Shown here piece by piece: positions 59,806 to 64,000 of a stretch of DNA of 64,000 bases. Positions within the stretch are counted from its first letter, which is position 1. Each line of letters begins with the position of its first letter. The stretch spans positions 1 to 64,000 of the forward strand of contig NW_015165932.1 in assembly GCF_001447785.1 (NCBI RefSeq), given 5' to 3'. A model generated the notes under the pieces. It was given only the letters and a program-made list of their open reading frames with translations. It was not told the origin of the DNA and searched no databases. This DNA is from Gekko japonicus (taxonomy: Eukaryota). The translations under genes were made by a program, and so were the position numbers.

Positions 59806-62800
59806 GTAAGNNNNNNNNNNNNNNNNNNNNNNNNNNNNNNNNNNNNNNNNNNTTTCTTCTCTGATGAAGTTCTAAGATAGGTATAGTTTTAAATATATGC
59901 ATATGCAAAGGAACTAGCATGGTAGTATAAAGGAATATCTCAGATCACTTTCGTAAGGGAATAGGTCTGAATAGGTTTTATTGCCACCTAGTTTGGTCCC
60001 CCCCATTGTAACCACTTTATACATTATTGTATGTCATGCCTTACACAATATTTTGAGGGCATTGTTTTCCAGTTCTGTAATCCTGAGCTTTGACTCTTGG
60101 TGAGAAAGGTGGGCTGTATAAGAAGTAGATAAAATTTGATAGATGGACTTTCATCCATCTTTGTAGATAGATGAAACATTACTTAATGTTTTGCCTCCCT
60201 TTCTACATAGGTCTGTCTGTGTGCACAAATTGATTGACACCAATAATTAGGTTTATTTTGAAAATAAAATTCTCAGACGTTAGCACACATAGACTAAGAC
60301 TACATGCTCAATAGGATCTCTTCCAACATTAAACTTTATATGCCATGTCAAGGTTCCAGTAGAAACATCCTGAGTCTTTAGCCTGATCTGTTGTTTGACA
60401 ATGACAGGGCTTTACAAGTCTAGAGAAGGACAAGCCCATACAGAGAAATGTTTCTTTGAAAAAATCATCACCATGATGGGAGTGTAAACTCTCCCACTTA
60501 TCAATCAAAGGGGCTAGCAATGCATTCCAGGATACAGCCATTGACCTCAGTAGTTAGAGTGTAAGGCAGACCTGTGACATTGAAACCAAATTCCTATTTG
60601 ACCTCGATGCTCACTATGTGACTTTTTGCAAACACAGCCTAAAATTTAATTCACTGACAACCTTGGAGGCTTACTAAAATTGATGACTAGTTTGTTAACA
60701 CTTATCACAGACCTTGGGTTTACTGGCAAAGAAATATTTATAAATGAAAGCAACGTTCTTGGCAAAACAGTATTTCTTATTGTAGCTATCCTGATTCCTG
60801 ATCAACCATGGCCCCTGCCACACGGGGGGGGGGGAACATGGGCAAAGTGCGGCTTTTTAAAGTCGCATCAAAAAAGACATGCGGCAGCAGGATCACATTG
60901 ATCCCCTGAGCCGCCGCGCACTTCCTCCCCGGCACGATCAGATGCCGGGGGGAAGCCACTGAAGAGGGAGGGAGGCAGCCGAACTGCGCATGTGTGCGTG
61001 TGCGCACTTCAGCTGGGAGGCTGGATTGCTGCAGAGGATGAGCACGCCGGCGATCCCACGGCCGCGCTTACTGCGGTGCTCCAGGTAAGTCCTCCTCTGT
61101 AGGAGGTTCTTTTTTACAGCGGGTTTTCCTGGTGTAAGGATGGATTGGGGACGGGTGCGCGCTGCTTCCCAGATGTTGCGGTGAGATCGCGCCCATTTGC
61201 TGTGCCCCCGATCCGTCCCTCCCGGGCCAAAATCTCCTGTGTGACCGGGGCCCATGTTAAGAGATGGCCACATTTCCAGATCTTCAGCCATGTGAATGGG
61301 CTGAATTACACTCACAAGTCATATCCTTCTTTCACCCAAATTTCAGGACCCTCTTCCCAATTTATTACCATTTTCTCATTATTTTTATCGCCATAGAATG
61401 AATATTTTATATTGACTTGTCTATGTTTTTAAATGATGTCTTTTATTCTATTACTGTAAAATGTATACTGCTTATCAGTTTTTGGAAGCCGCCCTGAGCC
61501 CGCCTGGTGGGGAAGGCGGGGTAAAAGTGAAATAAATAAATAAATAAGTTATTTTAATGAGTAACAAATTAAAACCAAACTGATTTGTTTAGATTTGTTC
61601 AATAACATGAGGTTATTCCAAATTATTCTAATGTGATCCCTTAATCTGGAAAAAATAACTAAGAAATGCAGGAAAACATCAGAATATAGATGGCTCTATA
61701 TTGTTTACATTTTGAAATTTTATTGTTCTCTAGGAACATAATAAACTGGGGTTGAATGGTTAGTTCAAATAACAAAAGAGCTAACGGGGCTGCCTTGTAA
61801 ACTTTCCCTGCCTTTTAGAAACTTATCAGACATGCCACTATTGACTATGATTCTACCCACAATCTCATCCCATCAGGTCTCAATAGATCTTCTCTTATGT
61901 GCATATGGCTAGTGTTTTGTCAAAATGATGCAACGATTTATTGTAGGTATCCTGATCAACCATGCTAAGGGTGGCCTCACTTCCAGATCATGGGCAATGT
62001 GAAAGAGTTGATTTACACTAAGAAGGCAAAATTTTCTTTGACCCAAATGTTTGGACCCCCATTCCCAATTTATTTTATTACTGTTTGTTCCTTAGTTCGT
62101 TTGTATGAGTTTGCAAATTGAGACCAAAGCGTTCTGATTTGTTTAGATTTGATCGATAACATCAGGTTATTACAAATGTTTTGAATGATACACTTTAAAT
62201 GGAATATGACTAAGAGATACAGGTAAAACATCTGCATAAAACTAGGTGTTAGAGCATTATTCACCATTTTGAAGTGTTGTTATTTTCTAAAATTGTATCT
62301 TTAGAACAGTTAGTTACAACAGGAAAACAAATAACAGGGGTGCCTTATAAACTTTCCCGGGTTATTTAGAAATATATTTGAGATGTTGTAATTTACTATG
62401 ATTTTACCCATAGTCCCATCTCAACAGGTCCCAACAAATCCTTTCTTATGTGTGTATGGCTAGTGTTTTCAATTATTTGATTTCCTGCATAATTCTATAT
62501 AATGCAGTGATTTCATATCCTGTATAATTGTCCTGTCAAACCAAAGGCAATTTTATTTGCAGTTTTGTCCCCAAGTTCTACCAGCACATCCTGGCCTTGG
62601 TGTTTGCCATCTCTGAAATTAATAACAATCCCAAGATCTTGCCCAGGTCCCAACAGAACTTTTCTTATGTGTGTATGGCTAGTGTTTTCAATTATTTGAT
62701 TTCCTGCATAATTCTATATAATGCAGTGATTTCATATCCTGTATAATTGTCCTGTCAAACCAAAGGCAATTTTATTTGCAGTTTTGTCCCCAAGTTCTAC

Positions 62801-63073
62801 CAGCACATCCTGGCCTTGGTGTTTGCCGTCTATGAGATTAATAACAATCCCAAAATCTTGCCAAATCTCACATTGGGGTTTCATATCCTCGACAACTACT
62901 CTGAAGCAAAAATGACTTACCATACCACTCTGGACCTACTTTTCAAATCACATAGATTTGTTCCCAACTATCAATGTGGCTCCAAGAAAAATGTACTGGG
63001 AGTTATCGGGGGACTAGGTCTAGAAACTTCCATGTACATGGCAGACGTCTTGGGTCTTTACAAGATTCCACAG
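59597..63073 (+). CDS. Vmn2r: V2R-4: vomeronasal type-2 receptor, partial (exons 1-2; remainder beyond window)
   Basis: Exon 1 59597-59805 (CA|GTAAG), exon 2 62782-63073 (292 bp). Confidence 0.88.
60810..61252. mobile_element. PIF/Harbinger-like MITE
   Basis: TIRs GGCCCCTGCCACACGG / CTGTGTGACCGGGGCC, 3-bp TSD CAT; inverted relative of 30535-30955. Confidence 0.8.
62563..62645 (+). pseudogene. Duplicated 5' fragment of V2R exon 2 with intact acceptor (decoy exon)
   Basis: 219-bp tandem duplication; fragment matches V2R-3 exon 2 (GCCATCTCTGAAATT); read-through hits TAA at 62744-62746. Confidence 0.8.
62782..63073 (+). CDS. Vmn2r: V2R-4 exon 2
   Basis: [22 protein letters not shown]|GTAAGA. 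Confidence 0.92.
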
Positions 63074-63849
63074 GTAAGATCAGTGCATGGAGATGACTGG
63101 GGTTTCTCAAATGTCATATTAACTTCCCTTGCCTTTCTGGTTGTACTTTTTAAGGTTCACAAACAAGATAATCATAGTCAAAAACAAAAGAGAAAATCAT
63201 GTGAAATATATTGATTGGCACTGCAGACCGAGACACAGCTCCATAGGCAGATGTGAGGGAGGGTTTTCTTTCATTGGTAGATGTAAGGAAGGTGCTGTGG
63301 CTCAATGGAAGAGTCTCTGCTTTTCATCCACATGGCTCCAGGTTCATTCTCTGGCACCTTCAGTTAAAAGGACCAGGCAGTAGGTGATACATACATACAT
63401 ACAATTTCATTTTCTATACCGCTCCATCCCGGAGGCTCTGAGTGGTTTACATAGGGATTTTATAACTTCCTAGCTAGGGCCACAATGTATGGGAGAGGTG
63501 TGTGCCTACCAGGCACCCCGCCGGCTTGTTGTTCCTTCTTCCTTCCTGCGGCTCCTCTTTGTTACGGCGTCGCGGCGTGGCACGGCTCCGCAGCGGCTCC
63601 GTTTGGACTAGTTCCACAGTCCGCGACTGTGCAACGACTTGCTGCACTAGCCTCCATCCTGACTGGCTCTGGCTGTGCTGCGTCGCTGCATCGCCACATC
63701 TCTGGACCAGTCCTGCCCGGAATGCTTGCTGGCCGATGTTGATTCGCTGCCATGTTTTTCCAGCCGGATCGCCTCACTGCCCGTTGCCACTGCCAGAATC
63801 ACCGCTCCTCTCCGCCGCTGCTACACCAGAAGGCGGGTGCCCCCCTGCA

Positions 63850-63960
63850 GCTAAGGCAGGTACCCATTTATCTACTAACTAGGCTTTCGAACTGCTGGGT
63901 AGGCGGGAGCTAGGACAGGGACTAGAGCTCACCCCGGCCACGGTGGGACTCAAACAGCCT
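63850..63960 (-). mobile_element. Sauria-SINE-like 5' segment
   Basis: Reverse complement GGGGTGAGCTC..CTCCCGCCTACCCAGCAGTTCGAAAGC..AGTAGATAAATGGGTACC. Confidence 0.6.
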
Positions 63961-64000
63961 TTATGGCTGTTCGTTGATAAATTAACTGCAGGCTTTTTAC

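Overview
Eukaryotic DNA from a squamate reptile (probably a gecko, inferred from the SINE/MITE repertoire). The window is a vomeronasal type-2 receptor (V2R/Vmn2r, class C GPCR) cluster. V2R-1 is an apparently intact 6-exon gene on the minus strand (22957->6575, ~873 aa). It lies head-to-head with a tandem array of three closely related plus-strand paralogues: V2R-2 (25666-38586, ~897 aa with a stop-loss tail), V2R-3 (41340-54088, ~871 aa) and V2R-4 (from 59597, only exons 1-2 in the window). Introns and spacers are full of transposons: a deleted Copia, a near-intact Tf1/sushi-type chromoviral Gypsy plus a deleted relative, L1, CR1, RTE-BovB and L2-like LINEs, two ORF1-only 'half-L1' elements, tRNA-, 5S- and Sauria-type SINEs, and Harbinger/hAT-like MITEs. 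There are four assembly gaps. The most interesting signals are: (1) a 24-bp element upstream of all four V2Rs, hidden in V2R-1 because a MITE split it; (2) a perfect 28-bp LTR/PBS self-priming duplex and a PEG10-type -1 frameshift signal in the Gypsy; (3) HAL1-like ORF1-only retroelements; (4) patchwork exchange and decoy or alternative splice acceptors among the V2R paralogues. All coordinates and alignments were read by eye, and no database searches were run.
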